A DNA stretch of 64,000 nt, from contig OX597823.1 of the NCBI GenBank assembly GCA_951406725.2, forward strand, positions 58,528,001-58,592,000. The letters run 5' to 3'. The position numbers were made by a program, and so were the translations under genes. Shown here one piece after another: positions 38,691 to 52,725 of this stretch. Each line of letters starts with the position of its first letter. The stretch's first letter is position 1. Source of the stretch: Octopus vulgaris (taxonomy: Eukaryota). A model generated the notes under the pieces. That model had not been told where the DNA came from. It saw only the letters and a program-made list of their open reading frames with translations, and did no database searches.

Positions 38691-39315
38691 TAACCTAAGT
38701 TCTCTGACTGGTCTGATTGACTAAAAACCTCCTTGAGAAATACTGTATCCTACTAACTGAAAACTCTCATTACTAAAAGAATTTTGACAAGTTATTTCAA
38801 TGTGTTATATGCCCAAGCAATTGTTTTTCTTCTCCCAAGTTGTCTTGCATCTGTTATTCTATTGCCAGTAGAGGTGGAAAAAAATATTACCCAAAAACAT
38901 GAAGGATTTTTTTGTGCTCAAGTTAGCTACTAGCCATTTACACTATATCCTATGAGACAAACCTGTTTGTCATTCTCGTTAATTAACTTGCTCTTGAGTA
39001 TATTGCAGTTAAAGCTGTATTTATAACTGGTCAGTGTTGCAGTACTTTCATCTCATTATCAATGCCAAAATTTCTTCATTCCTGCAAATCAGTTTTAGAG
39101 CAAAGAACTTTTAGCAAAATGGAAAAATAAAACCATTTGATTTTTCAGTAAGGTATATGTTTGCCCACCTTCACAAAAACGGCTCCAAGTGTAAGAAAGT
39201 AACACTATTAGTACTGATGTATATCAGTGATCTTATTGTAAAGTGGCTGCATGGTTTATCAGGACAATTGTTAATACAAAAGCTATCCCAAATTAGATAC
39301 TTACATTTTTTATTT

Positions 39316-39365
<50 letters not shown>

Positions 39366-42239
39366 TTTTATAGCTGCAAGCATGGCTGTGTAGGTTACAA
39401 ATTCACTTCCTAATCACATGGGACAGAACCTGAAACCATGTGTGCAAGTGTCATCTACTGCAGCCACAAGCTGACCCAGGCCTTGTGAGTGAATTTAGTA
39501 GGCAGGAACTTAAAAGTCCACTGCATATACGTATGTATGCAAAAGTGCTTAGATAACTAAATGTAACTGTTTAAACATTATGAAACATAGCATTCAAGAT
39601 GGAAACTTGTATTCTGAGACGTAGCTAATCTCAGCTCACATTATACATACATATATATATGTTTTTGTGTGTTTGGTGGGATGATTGTCATCCTCTGTTA
39701 CATTCACAAAATCATTAGCAATGTTATTCTTAAGTGCTCCCAATAAAGAATCAAAGAGCCCAGACTCTTCCCTTACTACTTTGGAAGTTATACTTTTCAT
39801 ATATTTTGTCAACTCAACTCAAGCTTTTTCTGGAGAATTGACTAAGTAGAAGCGGTCCATTGAAAGGACTTACCTATGATTTGTTATATCCCACAGCACC
39901 ACATCACGCTAATTCTGCCCAAGGATTGCATTGAGGGTGTGGATGTCTGTGGAATGCTTAATCACTTAACATACTTGTCCAATGTGTTGGTAGTTCATTT
40001 AACTTGGCCATATCCAGCTCAAATAGTCAACCTGTTTTATGTTCAAACTTACCAGTTCTGGCCTCTCACACCTATCTTATGATGTCATTTTAAAAGTAAA
40101 CAATCTTCAAAATCTCAAAGCTGAGAGATAATGATAATACAGGATTAATTCAAGACAATATGAATAAACAAACATTACATTTGACAGAATATTCTGAATG
40201 TTAGAGGGTTGTGTAATCAACTGAAATCTATTTTTTGAATATGTATACATACATATTTTGAACAGGCTTAGTGGCATTCTCTACAAAATATACCAGTTAT
40301 AATTGGCTAATCTAATTAGCTAACGCTCATGCTGTTCATAAATAACAAACGTGTGCTGGGCAAAATGCTCAGGGGCATTTCATCTGTCTTTGTTCTGGAT
40401 TTAAGTTTGCTTTGCATCCTTTTGGGATCGATAAACTAAGTACTGGTTGATCATTTGGGTCAATGTAATCGACTTAAGCCCTTCCTCAAAATTACTGGCT
40501 GTGTGCCAGAATTTGCAAGCATTATTACAGCCGTCTTTTCTATTATTTATGTTCTGAGTTCAAATCCTGCCAGGGTCAACATTGCCGTTTATCTTTTTGG
40601 GGTTGGTAAAATAAGGTCCCTGTCAAGGAGAGATGATGTTATCATCTAATACCCACCTCCCTTCAAATTTGTTGGTTTGTGCCTTAATCAGAAGCAATCG
40701 TTACTGACCCCCACCCCACTGCCATCCTACATTTAATACTGTTTAGATTGCATCAATATCTGTGAGTGATTGATCCTGAACAGTTGTCATGAAGTATTTC
40801 TGATGCCAAGATTTACAACTTTGGTGGTGATGGTGGTAGTAGTGGTGGTGGTGGTGATGGTTGTCTGAGAGAATTCTTAAAACAACAAATTGTTTACAAT
40901 TAACCAAAGTTAGTGAAATGGCTAGCTCTGACCCCACCCCTCTTTAAAAGTCTCAATCTTTGTTTTTATCCTGTTTTATTAGTTTGATAAATAATTTTTA
41001 TTTTTTTAATTTTTTCTTAAATGGTCCTATCTCTCTCTCTGTGATGATTGCTTTTACAGTTGTGTGTACATGTGTGTATGTGTGTGTGTAATGTCTAATT
41101 TAGTTTAACTGTAAATTTTCTGTTTTATGTGTTTGCGTGTGTTGTTGGTTCTTTGTTTTTCCTTGACTATAAAACTACCGAGATAAAGAGCTATCAGTCC
41201 AGAAAATATAATCAACAATTAGTTAAGATGCTATTTTGATATCTTGATTGATTGAATTCTTTGGTTGGTCAATATAGTGAATTATGGCGTTTGTATGTTT
41301 TGCAACTCTTACTACTTTTCGACTGATAATATCCTGATACTTTGGCTAAAAGCTCAACCTAGGTGACTTTTCCTTTTGTCAGATTGTCTTGCTGTCTTGC
41401 CCATCTTCCTTATCTGCTGCAAGATGGTTACACTTCAAAAGACAATAGAAAAATTAATAGTTGGGGCAAGCTGAGTTATCATTTTATTTCCACGATTGAT
41501 TAATGTCTTCCATATATTGAGTTGTGAATGGATGGACACTGGGTAAGGTGTCCAGCCAGTCGCAAAACAATCTTCCTTTCACCCTCTCCTTTTTACTTCT
41601 CACTTGTATCTCTTCCCTTTCCCCTGTTTCCGATAGGTCTGTCTGTCTGTCTCTCTCTCTCTCAACATTCTCACTCTCTCTCTGCCCCTCTCTCTCTCTT
41701 GCAATTCTGTCTATCGTTCTTTCCTTACCCTTATCCTACTGTTGTTCCTTCTCTCTCATGGTGCTACATTAGTAAACTTTAATAGTTTCTTTTTATTTTA
41801 TTTGTCTTTTTAAAATTTATTTTTCAAGGTAGTTAATTATAATGTTCATGTAAAATTTTAACTAATATTGCTTACTGGCTTCTTAGAATTAACAAGAAAT
41901 TCAGTTCTTATTTTTCTTTTTTTCTTTTGTAGTTTATTTCTATGAAGGCAGTTATTTTTGAAATGTTTACCTTGTTACTACATATATTATTATTATTATT
42001 ATTATAATATATATATATATATATATATATTGTAATAATAGGGATCTAAAGAAGCAAAGATCCCTGCCAAATGCATGGCTTACAATAATGACTGGTTAAG
42101 GCTAGGATAAACCTTCACGTCATTCTGAAAATCCAGGAGATACAATGTTGGAGAGAATGTATATAAATAGAACAGATAAGAGAAATGAGGTGAGAGAATA
42201 GATGTTTATTCCGTTTGTTTACGTACATAGATACATACT

Positions 42240-42760
42240 GGAGTCCTTGACCAATGGCTTGAAGGTTATTGTGGCCAGAAGATCTGTGTCATCAGACAAC
42301 AGTTGGGCATCAACTAGCAAGTGAGCTGCCACTGGTGGATAACCCCATTGTTGAGCATTGCTTATTGTGCACCTGGAGACCTTTCAGTACATGTCATGGA
42401 GGCCCAGATAGGCAGTCTTGTTGGGGTTGGAATCGAATGCCAACTGCCTTAGTCACCGTCCAAGCCAGTGAAGTGAATAATAGCAGTGTACACACACACA
42501 TGCGCGCAGTGGATTCCCCTGTTGAAGATAATGTATGAGCGATCAGCTTTTGCCGAACAACCTGCACAGCTCACTCCATCCTGCAAATCGATGTTGTCTG
42601 AACAGGCACACTGTGTGTCACGTGTCAGGTGTTGAAGTGACCATAAAGCAACTTCTTGAGATGAAGTGTTTTACTCAAAAACACAACACATTACCCAGTC
42701 TAGGAATTGAAATCATGATCATTAGATCATGAGTGCAACACCCTAACCACTAAGCCATGC
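42240..42760 (-). mobile_element. SINE family C head with long tail
   Basis: Minus-strand GCATGGCTTAGTGGTTAGGGTGTTGCACTC head plus core. Tail boundary approximate. Confidence 0.55.
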
Positions 42761-42767
42761 GCGCGCA

Positions 42768-42802
<35 letters not shown>

Positions 42803-44041
42803 TTTGCATCACATCTGCATACATGCAAAAACACACACACACACACACACTTTGTGTGTGTGTGTGTGTTTGCATGTATGCAGATGTGATTTGGTGAGGT
42901 GGTTGAGAGGTTTTGCTTCACAACAACAAGTCTCTGAAATGGACCATACCAGTAATTCTAAGGGTCAATCCTAGCACTCACAGTGTGATATTAATTCTGC
43001 TTTGGCAAAATCCCATGACTATGGGATACTCATCCTCTTATCCTATTATTCAGTGAGTAATCATTTTGATGGAACAATCAGAGCATTCTTTATTCTAACA
43101 GACGAAAATCCTTTTACTTCTTTTTAGTTTAATATACATATATCGGTGTTTATGTGTGTGTGTGTGTGTGTGGACATGAGTGTTTCTCTCAATAGTTAGT
43201 GTATTTCTTTTGAAACTTGGATTAGGGATTTTGTTTTGTTTTGTCTAAGTGGATTTTTGAAATTCGTCTTAATTCTGCTGACTTTGATGTTTTTGAATAA
43301 GACCACTTGAAATAATGATAATAACAATAAAAAGTCCCCACAAGAGCTACTTATTCATCTTTCAGTAGTTCTTCAGATACCTGAAATCTAATAGAACGGG
43401 GAAACAGAATGATGATAATGATAACGGTGGTGCTGATGGTGAATGCTTGTTCCTGCTTTAATTACACTTAAAAATCAACTTATCTTAATATATATTTACC
43501 CACACACAAGTGTGTGGATGCGTTTATGAAGCTAACTGAAGTTAGCAGAAGGCAATATAAGTGGTTTAATTTTTATATTTATGATTCACTTACTGTTTTT
43601 TTTTTTTTATATATATATATTTACTTCTATGTCTTGGGAACCAGAAACAACCTACCTTAATTTCACAACCAACTTCATTCATATTTTAATTTTCTTTAAA
43701 AACAATTTGTTTTTTTTTCTTATTTTCACATTTAATTTCAACAGGTTGTTTTTTTATTTTATCTTGTATAATTTTATACGTTTCTATTGATAGTTATGTT
43801 TTTTTTATATTTGTTTTTGTCTTTGAATTTATTTAGAGGATTGAGGAGTATTAATATTTAAAACTTCAACAGGAAATTTTGTCTCCAAAATTCAAGCATG
43901 TTTTGTTGCTTAGTTACTTGAGCTTAAAGGCCTGTTTAGACTAAAATGTCTAATAGACATGTTATCATCTGAAGTTGAAGTTTTGTCTCTTATATTCCCT
44001 CTTTTTCTTTTAAAAAGGGAGCAAAGGTGTGGTAAAGTTTG

Positions 44042-44082
<41 letters not shown>

Positions 44083-44485
44083 CTAGCAGTATAACTCGGG
44101 TTTGTTTTCTTTTTGACCCTTTAGTATTGGAATTTTTGAAAAGTAAAAATTTTGCATTATATAGCCAGTTATTCTCTTTAAGTGAACATTTTTCTGGTTG
44201 AAATACACCGAAAAATGACGATACAGCAGTAAAAAAAAATCGTAAAAAAATAGGGACTTTCATAGAAAAAAAAAGCACCTTTCCAATGTAAATAATTTTT
44301 GGCCTTAACATGGTCCGATTTAAATTTTTTCTTCTATCGAATGAAGAGCAAGCCTTCTTCTATCATAATCTCAATTTTGGTCAACTTGCGCTGCAGGGTC
44401 TCAGAAGAGATAGTGTTAGTTGAAGGCTACCAAACCTGTCACACACACACACACACAGGCAACTTCAGCTTTATATATATATATA
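44083..44485 (-). mobile_element. Non-autonomous Helitron-like element
   Basis: Minus-strand 5' ATATATAAAGCTGAAG with a (TG)n tract and 3' terminal CTAG|T. No TIR or TSD. Layout resembles Lep1-type Helitrons. Confidence 0.5.
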
Positions 44486-44501
44486 TGTGTATTTATATAT
44501 A

Positions 44502-45410
44502 CAGAGGTATCAAAAAGTTCCTGGACTAGTTCTGTAGCACACCAACAGATGGCAGCACATAGTTGCATGCACAGTGAGAGATAGCAGTGACCTTCATTAG
44601 GCAGTGTGTTGAGTGACATCACTGTGTTTACTTCACAAGTTGTGAAATTTGTGTTTTTGTGATCACGTGTATGTTGTAGTCTGCAAGTTTTGTCATGGAC
44701 AAGAAGTTGGAACAAAGAGCCAACATGAAATTTTGCGTTAAACTCGGTAAGCCTGTTACAGAGATATTGAGCCTGCTTCAGCAAGCTTACCGTGACGAGG
44801 CAATGTGTCGGTCACAATGTTTCGAGTAGCACAGGCGCTTCAAAAGATGCAACAGAACCGTAGCTTAATGAAGAGCATGGTCATTGTTTTCTTCAACATG
44901 TGTGGTATTGTGCATTGAGAATTCAACCTCAGAGCCAGACCATCGAATGAGAATTCTACTGCGATGTTTTGGAGCATTTGAGAGAACATTCAGTAAAAGT
45001 GACTGGATCTATGGAGCGCGAAGAATTGGATCCTTCACGGCAACAATGCACTCTGTCCTCGAGCTCTCCTCATTTGTGAGTTTCTTGACAAAAACATGGT
45101 ATCGCTTCTGCACCAGCCCTATTCGCCAGACTTAGCACATGCAGGCTTCTGTTTCTTCCTCCAAGACGAAAATGCAGCTCAAAGCTCACCATTTTAATAT
45201 CGTTGTCGAGATCAAGAGTGAATCACAGCTGATCCTCTACTTGCTTACAGAAAATGACTTCCAGGCTGGATTCCAAAAGTGGCAGGAATGCTGGGACCAA
45301 TGTATTGTTGCACAAGGTAACTATTTTGAAGGAGATGATGTTAAAAACTTAGGTTAATAAGTTTTTTTTTTATTGAACACAAATAGTCTGGGAACTTTCT
45401 GATACCACCA
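44502..45410 (+). mobile_element. Decayed, internally deleted mariner
   Basis: TIRs CAGAGGTATCAAAAAGTTCCTGGACTA / TAGTCTGGGAACTTTCTGATACCACCA. MDKKLEQRANMKFCVKLGK from 44695, plus PYSPDLA and WQECWDQCIVAQGNYFEGD. Confidence 0.88.
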
Positions 45411-47685
45411 TGAAAACAGATAAATAAGATGTGATTATTTATTTCTATAATGACATTGTAGGATAGGTATGAAAGGCAAGATCTGGTCAGTTTGTAAAAC
45501 AGGTAGAATATTTTTGTCTGATATAGCTGGTTTAAATGCTAAAGAAGCACTATTTATTGAAACTCTTTTAACCTTTTTGATCCCAACCTACCTGGGACCA
45601 CACCTGTTTCTATTATACAATTTCCCATTTTAATATGATCTAACTAAAAAGCCTTCCATTGAAATTTCATGTTTATGTTCCCAAACACCAACTCGACCCC
45701 TTTTGTTACCACATTACTTTTGGGAAACAGTCTTTTGTGCCAATTAATTTTGAAAATGAAGAATTTAGCATAATTGCCATTATCAAACTTGTGATTAGAA
45801 ATACTTAACGCTAATTTTGAATCAGGAAGCTTCTATCAGAGAACAACTCAGGCAAGTCTATATCAAGAAGTGTTAACGACAAAGTTAGTTTACCAAATAC
45901 TTTCTTATTAAAAAATCCACTCTGCATTGGTACATTTTTATCAACCCTAACAAGATTTAAGATTTCTGGATGGCTGCATTTGAACTCAGAACAATTTATC
46001 CATTGTTCTACAATTCTGCCATATTCATTGTTAAAAAAAAAGAAGGTATTTCTTAATGCATTTGTAATTTCTTCAACAGGTTTATCAATAATGGATTTTG
46101 TTGAGCTTAGGTATATCTGTGAAACTTTTTGCATTAATGGCATTAATTTATTAATTATCTTGGAAGATCTCATTGTTAATGGATTTGCCAAATTTAGATC
46201 TGACTTTGTCAGCCATGACTAATTATTCCCCATCTCACTCTCATGCTCACACAGGTGTAACCATTCCATACACTTTAGCTTTGCCAATTGATTAAAACAT
46301 TATCTTTAATTTACTTGTCAACCAAAAATTCCTACTAACAAAGCAGCTTTGCATATCTATATCTGTATTCATACCTTGTCTCCTATATCTTTAATTATGG
46401 ATATGTAAGAAGGCTATGCTCATATATGCTTTTGAGACAATCTCTGTTGATGCTTTTATACTGAAGCCTACAAAACATATTTTTTGTTTTTCTAAAATGC
46501 AAAGCACTAAATGTGTTAATATCTAAAATTTTGCAGGAAAATATAAAGTTCTCAAAACTGTGGAAATTTTAAAGTTGAAGAACATCTGTTTTTGTTATGA
46601 TGTGTATTTATTTAGTCAAGTTTTTGTTTGCATATGTGAATGCAGAGTTATCTGAGATAGACAGCAGGCAGCTTACAATTCACAAATTAACGTCCATCTG
46701 ACCATATACAATGTTAGATTTGACGTTTTTGGCATTCAGACTGGCCAGATCCAATCTCTTGCACCTACCCTACAATGCCATTCTGAAAATTATATGATCA
46801 CATCACCAAAACCTGAAAGCTGCAAGATAATTCGTTATTAATTCAAAACAATGTGAATAAATGAGCATTACATTTGACAGAGTAATCTGAATGTTAAAGA
46901 GTCTAAATTAACCTCTTCCATACAATATGTGGAAGAATTTGAAATGCTCAAAATTGGTCCTTGTTTATTAGATGTGAAACCCTTTTGAAGAAACTAGTGT
47001 GAAGCAATAAGAATTTATAGCTGACTGGCAAATCAAACTTGTATTCATTTAGCGGTGCCGCAACAAGGGCCTGCAGTTTAGTTACAGTATGGACTACATT
47101 AGTTGTAGTACCACTCTGAGAATATGTTAGAAATGACCTTCCACTTTCACTGGTTCAGTCATTTGACTGTGGCCTTGCTGGGTCTCTGCCTTCAAGAATA
47201 TTGTTAATTATATTGATCACAGTACTTAATGAAAGTAATGAAAGTTAAAAGTTGACCTGAGCAGGGTTTTGAACCTAGAACATAAATGGATGCAACCAAA
47301 CACTACAGAGTCATTTATACTGTGCTCTATCAATTCTGCAAACCCGTAGGGGTTATCATCTGGTGACATGTTTTGGTTCAGGTGTTTCCATAAAGCGATA
47401 CAGATCATCATCACACTATTTCTCTTTGTCATGTCCCAAGTTACTGATACTGTTTATTAGTAACTTTCATTTTCCTAAATGATCATTATCTATAATATCT
47501 CTGGCTCATTGATTTGACTCATATCACAGAGACGAGAGTAGATTTTTATTATTTGCTAGACATGGTAGGATTGAAAATTGAACAGCAACCAAAAATATTT
47601 TAAAATCTCAAAAAAGAAAAAAGAAAAAAAAGTTCACTTGGGCACAAACTGTTTAAAAACTGACACCCTAAGTCAGAATGTTCAA

Positions 47686-48047
47686 GGGTGTGGCTGTGTG
47701 ATAAGAAGTTTTCTTTCCAACCACAAAGGTTCTTGGTTCAGTCTAAATGCCTTGGGCCAACCAAAGCCTTGTGAGTGGATTTGGTAGACGAAAACTGAAA
47801 GAAGCCCAGTGTGTGTGTGTTTGTTTGTGTTTGTACCCTACCACCACTTGACAACAGGCAATAGTGTGTGTTTATATCCTTGTAACTTAGCAGTTTGGCA
47901 AAAAAAAAAAGAAGCAATAGAATAAGCACCAGCCTAAAAATGAAAGCAGTAATAGGTACTGGGGTTGATCCATTTGACCAAAATTTCCTGAACGTGGTGC
48001 TCCGGCATGACGACAGTCACATGGCTGAAAAAAGTAACAGATAAAAG
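47686..48047 (+). mobile_element. SINE family A
   Basis: Family A head and tail. Confidence 0.75.
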
Positions 48048-48527
48048 GAACACATGGTTAGTTGATTGTTTGTTAGCCATACAAAACTCCCCCCTCCCAC
48101 CCCTTTTGAGTTTAAGGTCGGGTGAACTGGTATATTGACACTTTTGAGTTAAAAAGTGATAGGGTTGATTTTTCAATCTGACCACCTGCTTATCTTCAAG
48201 ATTGAAGTTGATGAATTCAGTTTGACCGTTGTTTTATTTTTATAACTTTTATGTGGTCATTTGTGAAATTCTATAATTAATATATTGGTTTCTTTTGACC
48301 AGGTACAAAATTCCTATGCTTTAGGTTTAAAAAAAGAGGCGTGATATTGTGGTGTTTGGGCACTTTGGTAGCAGTGTTAGAAATTTGATTAAACTACAAA
48401 GTGGCCTGGTTCTTATCTTTCACTCTATTACAGTACACAGAATAGTAGTAGAAGGAAAGTATTGCACTTTTGTGCATTTCAAGGCCTGCCTTGGTTTGAT
48501 AGACTTAAATCAAGTGAATTTCAGGTT

Positions 48528-48908
48528 CTGGTGTGGCTGTGTGGTAAATGGTTAACTTCCCAACCACATGGTTCTAGGTTCAGTCCCACTGTGTGACATT
48601 TTGGGTAATTGTCTTCTGCTATAGTTCTGGGCCGACCAAAAGCTTGTGAGTGTATTTGGTTGATGGAAACTGAAAGAAGCCTGTCATGTGTATACATCTG
48701 TGTGTGTGTATGTCTTCGTGTTTCTCCTCCAACACTGCTTGGCAAGTGATGTCGGTTTGTTTTCTTTCCTGCAACTTAGTGGTTCAGAAAAAAGTGACCG
48801 ATAGAATAAGTACCAGACTTGAAAAACTAAAATAATTATTAGAGTTGATTTGTTCAATAGAGTGCCCCAACATGGCCTCAGTCCTATGACTGAAACAAGT
48901 AAAAGATA
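48528..48908 (+). mobile_element. SINE family A
   Basis: Family A head and tail. Confidence 0.8.
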
Positions 48909-49623
48909 ATAGTCATCCTCTCTTGTTATGTTGAACTACATAGTCCAATTTATCCTTAAGATAGCAGGGTGCAGGTTGAAAGAGACTTGGATGCTGTTTC
49001 TAGCAATTCATGCGGCAACATAGAGGCTCTATCATTTGCTTGCAATATTCTATTGTGAATTGACCCTTCAGCCCTTCAACCGGCCATATCAAGTCCAAAT
49101 ATTCTACATATTTTACCCTCAAACCAACTAGATCTACCTTCTCAGACCTACCCTACAATCTCATTCTATAAAGAGTCACTACTTGCACATATTCCTAAAT
49201 ATTCTCTGCCTGTCTCTCTATTTTTCTGTTTTATTTCCTTTGGACTATCCGCTCATTGGGCTTTCCTTGGCTTATCCATTATCCACTGCCCGGTTGCTGG
49301 CACTTGGTGACTAAAGCTGCTGCTATTTTGTTGGTGTTTGCTATCATTATCATTGGGGTTGCGTTTCCTCGCTTGTCATCTAGCCTTTACTTATTGCATG
49401 GAAAGCATCTCTCTAAAACAGGGTCGGGAAACTTTTTTAACCAATTACTCCAAAATATATTTATTTACACTGACGCTACCCACTTGATTTCAAAGGAAGA
49501 AAATCATATATTCTTTGGATTCAAAAGGTTTATTGAATCTGTTTACACATCCATTACATTGGACAGGTGCAGTGTTGCCAGAAGAAAAATTTCTATCATA
49601 ATGAGGAACATGTTTTTTTATAT

Positions 49624-49856
49624 ATATTTCTTTACTACCCACAAGGGGCTAAACATAGAGGGGACAAACAAGGACAGACAAACGGATTAAGTCGATTATA
49701 TCGACCCAGTGCGAAACTGGTACTTTATTTATCGACCCCCGAGAGGATGAAAGGCAAAGTCGACCCCGGCGGAATTTGAACTCAGAACGTAACGACAGAC
49801 GAAATACCGCTAAGTATTTCGTCCGGCGTGCTAATGTTTCTGCCAGCTCGTCGCCT
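49624..49856 (-). mobile_element. Young SINE family B
   Basis: CpG-rich intact copy with TSD ATG(T)nATATA on both sides. Confidence 0.88.
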
Positions 49857-51874
49857 ATGTTTTTTTTATATAATTTTACTTACATCTAATGAGTTCTCAT
49901 TATTACCCCGGTTCGCTGACCCCCCCCCCCCCTGCTCTAAGAACTAGCATATCTGACCCTCTTCTCATCTCTCACTAGTCTCATTTTAACTAGTTGACTG
50001 TGGCAATATATAGCGACAACTAGTTTATGGAGGAGAGATTGGGGACAAATTATTGATGCTAGTAAGTGATTATATTACTGAGAAACAATTAAAAGGTTTA
50101 TTTCTAGTTTTAAATATGTCAGATCTTGTTTAGAATGTCTGAATGCAGTAATTTTGAGGATGGTAAGATGTTTTTGTTGCCGTTTTGGGAAGAAAATGTA
50201 TTAATTTAAGGCTGATGCTGCTAAAAATTTCATGTAAATGTGTGTGTGTGTACCTATGCATACATTTTGGGTTCTCACTGAATGTTATCCTGATCATCTG
50301 TACAAATCTACAATAATCTATGAAACAAATTACAAATATATATATAAAAAAAAAGTAATAATAATTTATGTATGCCTTGTGAGTGGAATTCGATAGACAA
50401 ATTGTTTGAAAGTCTGTGTGTGTGTGTGTGTGTGTGTGTAAAGCAGTTGATTTGTGTCCCTTATGTCCAAAGGTAAACTTAGCCATTTGATAAATATATA
50501 TCAATAAAATAACTTGTGCCAGACTGAAATATGTACTTGGGTGCTTGTCTGTTAAAATCCTTGAAGGAGGAGGTGCCTCAACTATTTGGATATTAAAGAA
50601 AGTGTAAATTGTTAATTTTTCTCATCATTTTTTGATAAGCAATGTTGAAATCAAATTGGAAATTTTGCTTCATTAACTGAGTTTATTGCAATTTCTTGGT
50701 TCAATTCAAATTAAATTTTTCAATAACAGCCCACCTGAGACTACTCTTGCTCCCAGGTTACCAAACCACCTTAAACTGTTCATATTAAATGTAAATATAT
50801 TTGTTTTATAATTTATATTAAAATTACCAACCAGAGTCTCATAATTTCCCGAATACCAACTTCAAGGAAAAGCTCTGACATCATTTTTCTTTTTTTTTTA
50901 ATCAGTTTGATAAATTCCAATAATAAAAAAAATATTTAAAAAGAAATTGCATTTTTCATCAAATAACTTTTTTGAATTTTTAATTATTTTGGAGATTAAT
51001 AGAAACACAAAAAATAAGCATTGTAGCCTTATCCAGGATGGCTGATACTAACTAAAGAATTTAAATTCTGCAGCCTACATTTAGTAGAAATTTGGTAGTA
51101 AAATAAGCCGACGAGGAAACCCCTACATGGTTGGTTGACCTGTTAGCCCAGTCTCCTTCAAATCAGACCAACACCACCATGACCATTTTGATACCAACCT
51201 AATTGAAACCAGCCCTAGTTTTTATTTTAAATTAAAACTTGCCTTCAAAATTTCATTTATGTTCCAAATTCCAGTTTTATAACGACAGTTATTTTGCTAA
51301 ATTCTTCATTATTTTAAGGATTAATTGAAATAAAGACGGTGCATTTCAGTAGGAATATGGTAACAGGAAGATTAAACAAGGACATGTTGAATAATGTAGT
51401 TATAGATTTCACTCCCTAAAAGGATGTGATGATCATTGCTAGAATGCTTCTGGTCATAGGTTTACTTGAGGCAAAACCTCAATAATATGGTCATTAAATT
51501 TCTTTCTTAAGACTTTAATTAGAAGTGCAAATGTTTAAACCAAAAGTTTGAAGAACTGCACTCTTCAGCTATATCCCTTGGCTGGATACACCTTGTTAAC
51601 TCAAAATTTTGCATTCAGTTATAGTCTGTTTCTGATGTTTTTTTTTTATCTATTATTTTATTTGTGGCTCTTAGTGAAGTACTAGAATCTGAGAATACTA
51701 AATACTACTTTAGGTTCTGCTATCCTAAGTTTTCTGATGGGAACATTATTATTATTATTAAAAAAGAAATAAAATGAAAGCCACACCCACACTTAGATAC
51801 AGTAATCCTTCACCATATTGCAGTTCACTTATTGCGGTTTAGGAAGCTTACATCAATTCCTCTGTGGTGTTGTT

Positions 51875-52225
51875 TTGGGCCTTGAATGAGGGGAATTTTT
51901 TAAAGGCTAGAAAGAAGTTAGTGTACATAAATGAATTGATTTGGTACAAATGCTGTGGTAGAAATTCCCAATAAAATGTAAATCAAATGTTGTTCAAGAG
52001 AGATGGCCACATTGTTACATACATGTAATATATATGAAGGCCAGTAACTGTATATAGAAGTACCTGCACTTGAAATGGATAAAACCTATGGAAGAAGTGG
52101 ACCTTGGAGTAAATGGGATGAAGTAATGAAGGTTGATGTAAAAATGCTGCACCACACAAAGGAGATGATAAAGGATATTGATAACGTGGTCCTGGAGTAC
52201 CACTCACCTGTGCAAGTGCTGTGAA
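51875..52225 (+). mobile_element. Old RTE LINE C-terminal fragment
   Basis: Decayed RLER..VQER..HV..DKTYGRSGPWSKWDEVMKVD. Confidence 0.6.
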
Positions 52226-52329
52226 ATCTCCATCAAAATGTTGGTAGTTGTGGATGCTGGAATATATTATATCTACATTTGTCTCTTGCCCACTGTGTTC
52301 CTATTCATTCTTCAGTTTGCTGCTGGCCT

Positions 52330-52725
52330 CTGCATTCAGTAACTCACATTTCACTTCCATGTAACATTGCACTCTGTATGAAAGCATCACTCAGTTTGCC
52401 TTTCACTTTAGAGAAAATAATCCCCTTGCTACCAGTAGAAGTAGTAGCTCCCCAAACAAAAAATGTTCTTTCTTTGGTTACTATGCTTTCAGAGCAGCCA
52501 CCTTCACTCCTAATTAGGTCATCTATGTAATGGAAGCTGTAAACTACTTCTGAGGTGTGTTTTGAGTTTGAAAATTTACTACATGAGTGCTCTTACTGCT
52601 AACTACTGCTGAATGTATGCTATGTACAGAGTTTTTTTCCTTTTGTCAACCTGCCTACATGTAGTTCTACGACTCTAGTGCACCTCTAGCTTACGATTAA
52701 TATTACAAGAGAGTTCCTACCCACT
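52330..52725 (-). mobile_element. Old RTE LINE RT-distal fragment
   Basis: VYSFHYIDDLIRSEGGCSESIVT..SLKVKGKL..IQSAMLHGSE. Confidence 0.7.

Noticed and set aside
43629-43660. SWEPET, resembling the chromodomain TWEP motif
   Set aside because: No surrounding chromodomain residues or splice signals, and it lies downstream of the hinge exon.
45811-46191. 126-aa ORF as a host gene
   Set aside because: Its second half runs through a decayed SINE-B, it has a non-ATG start, and no splice signals are evident.
51875-52725. Twin-priming inversion of one RTE copy
   Set aside because: The fragments are convergent with the 3' piece first, which is not twin-priming geometry; two old insertions or a later rearrangement is simpler.
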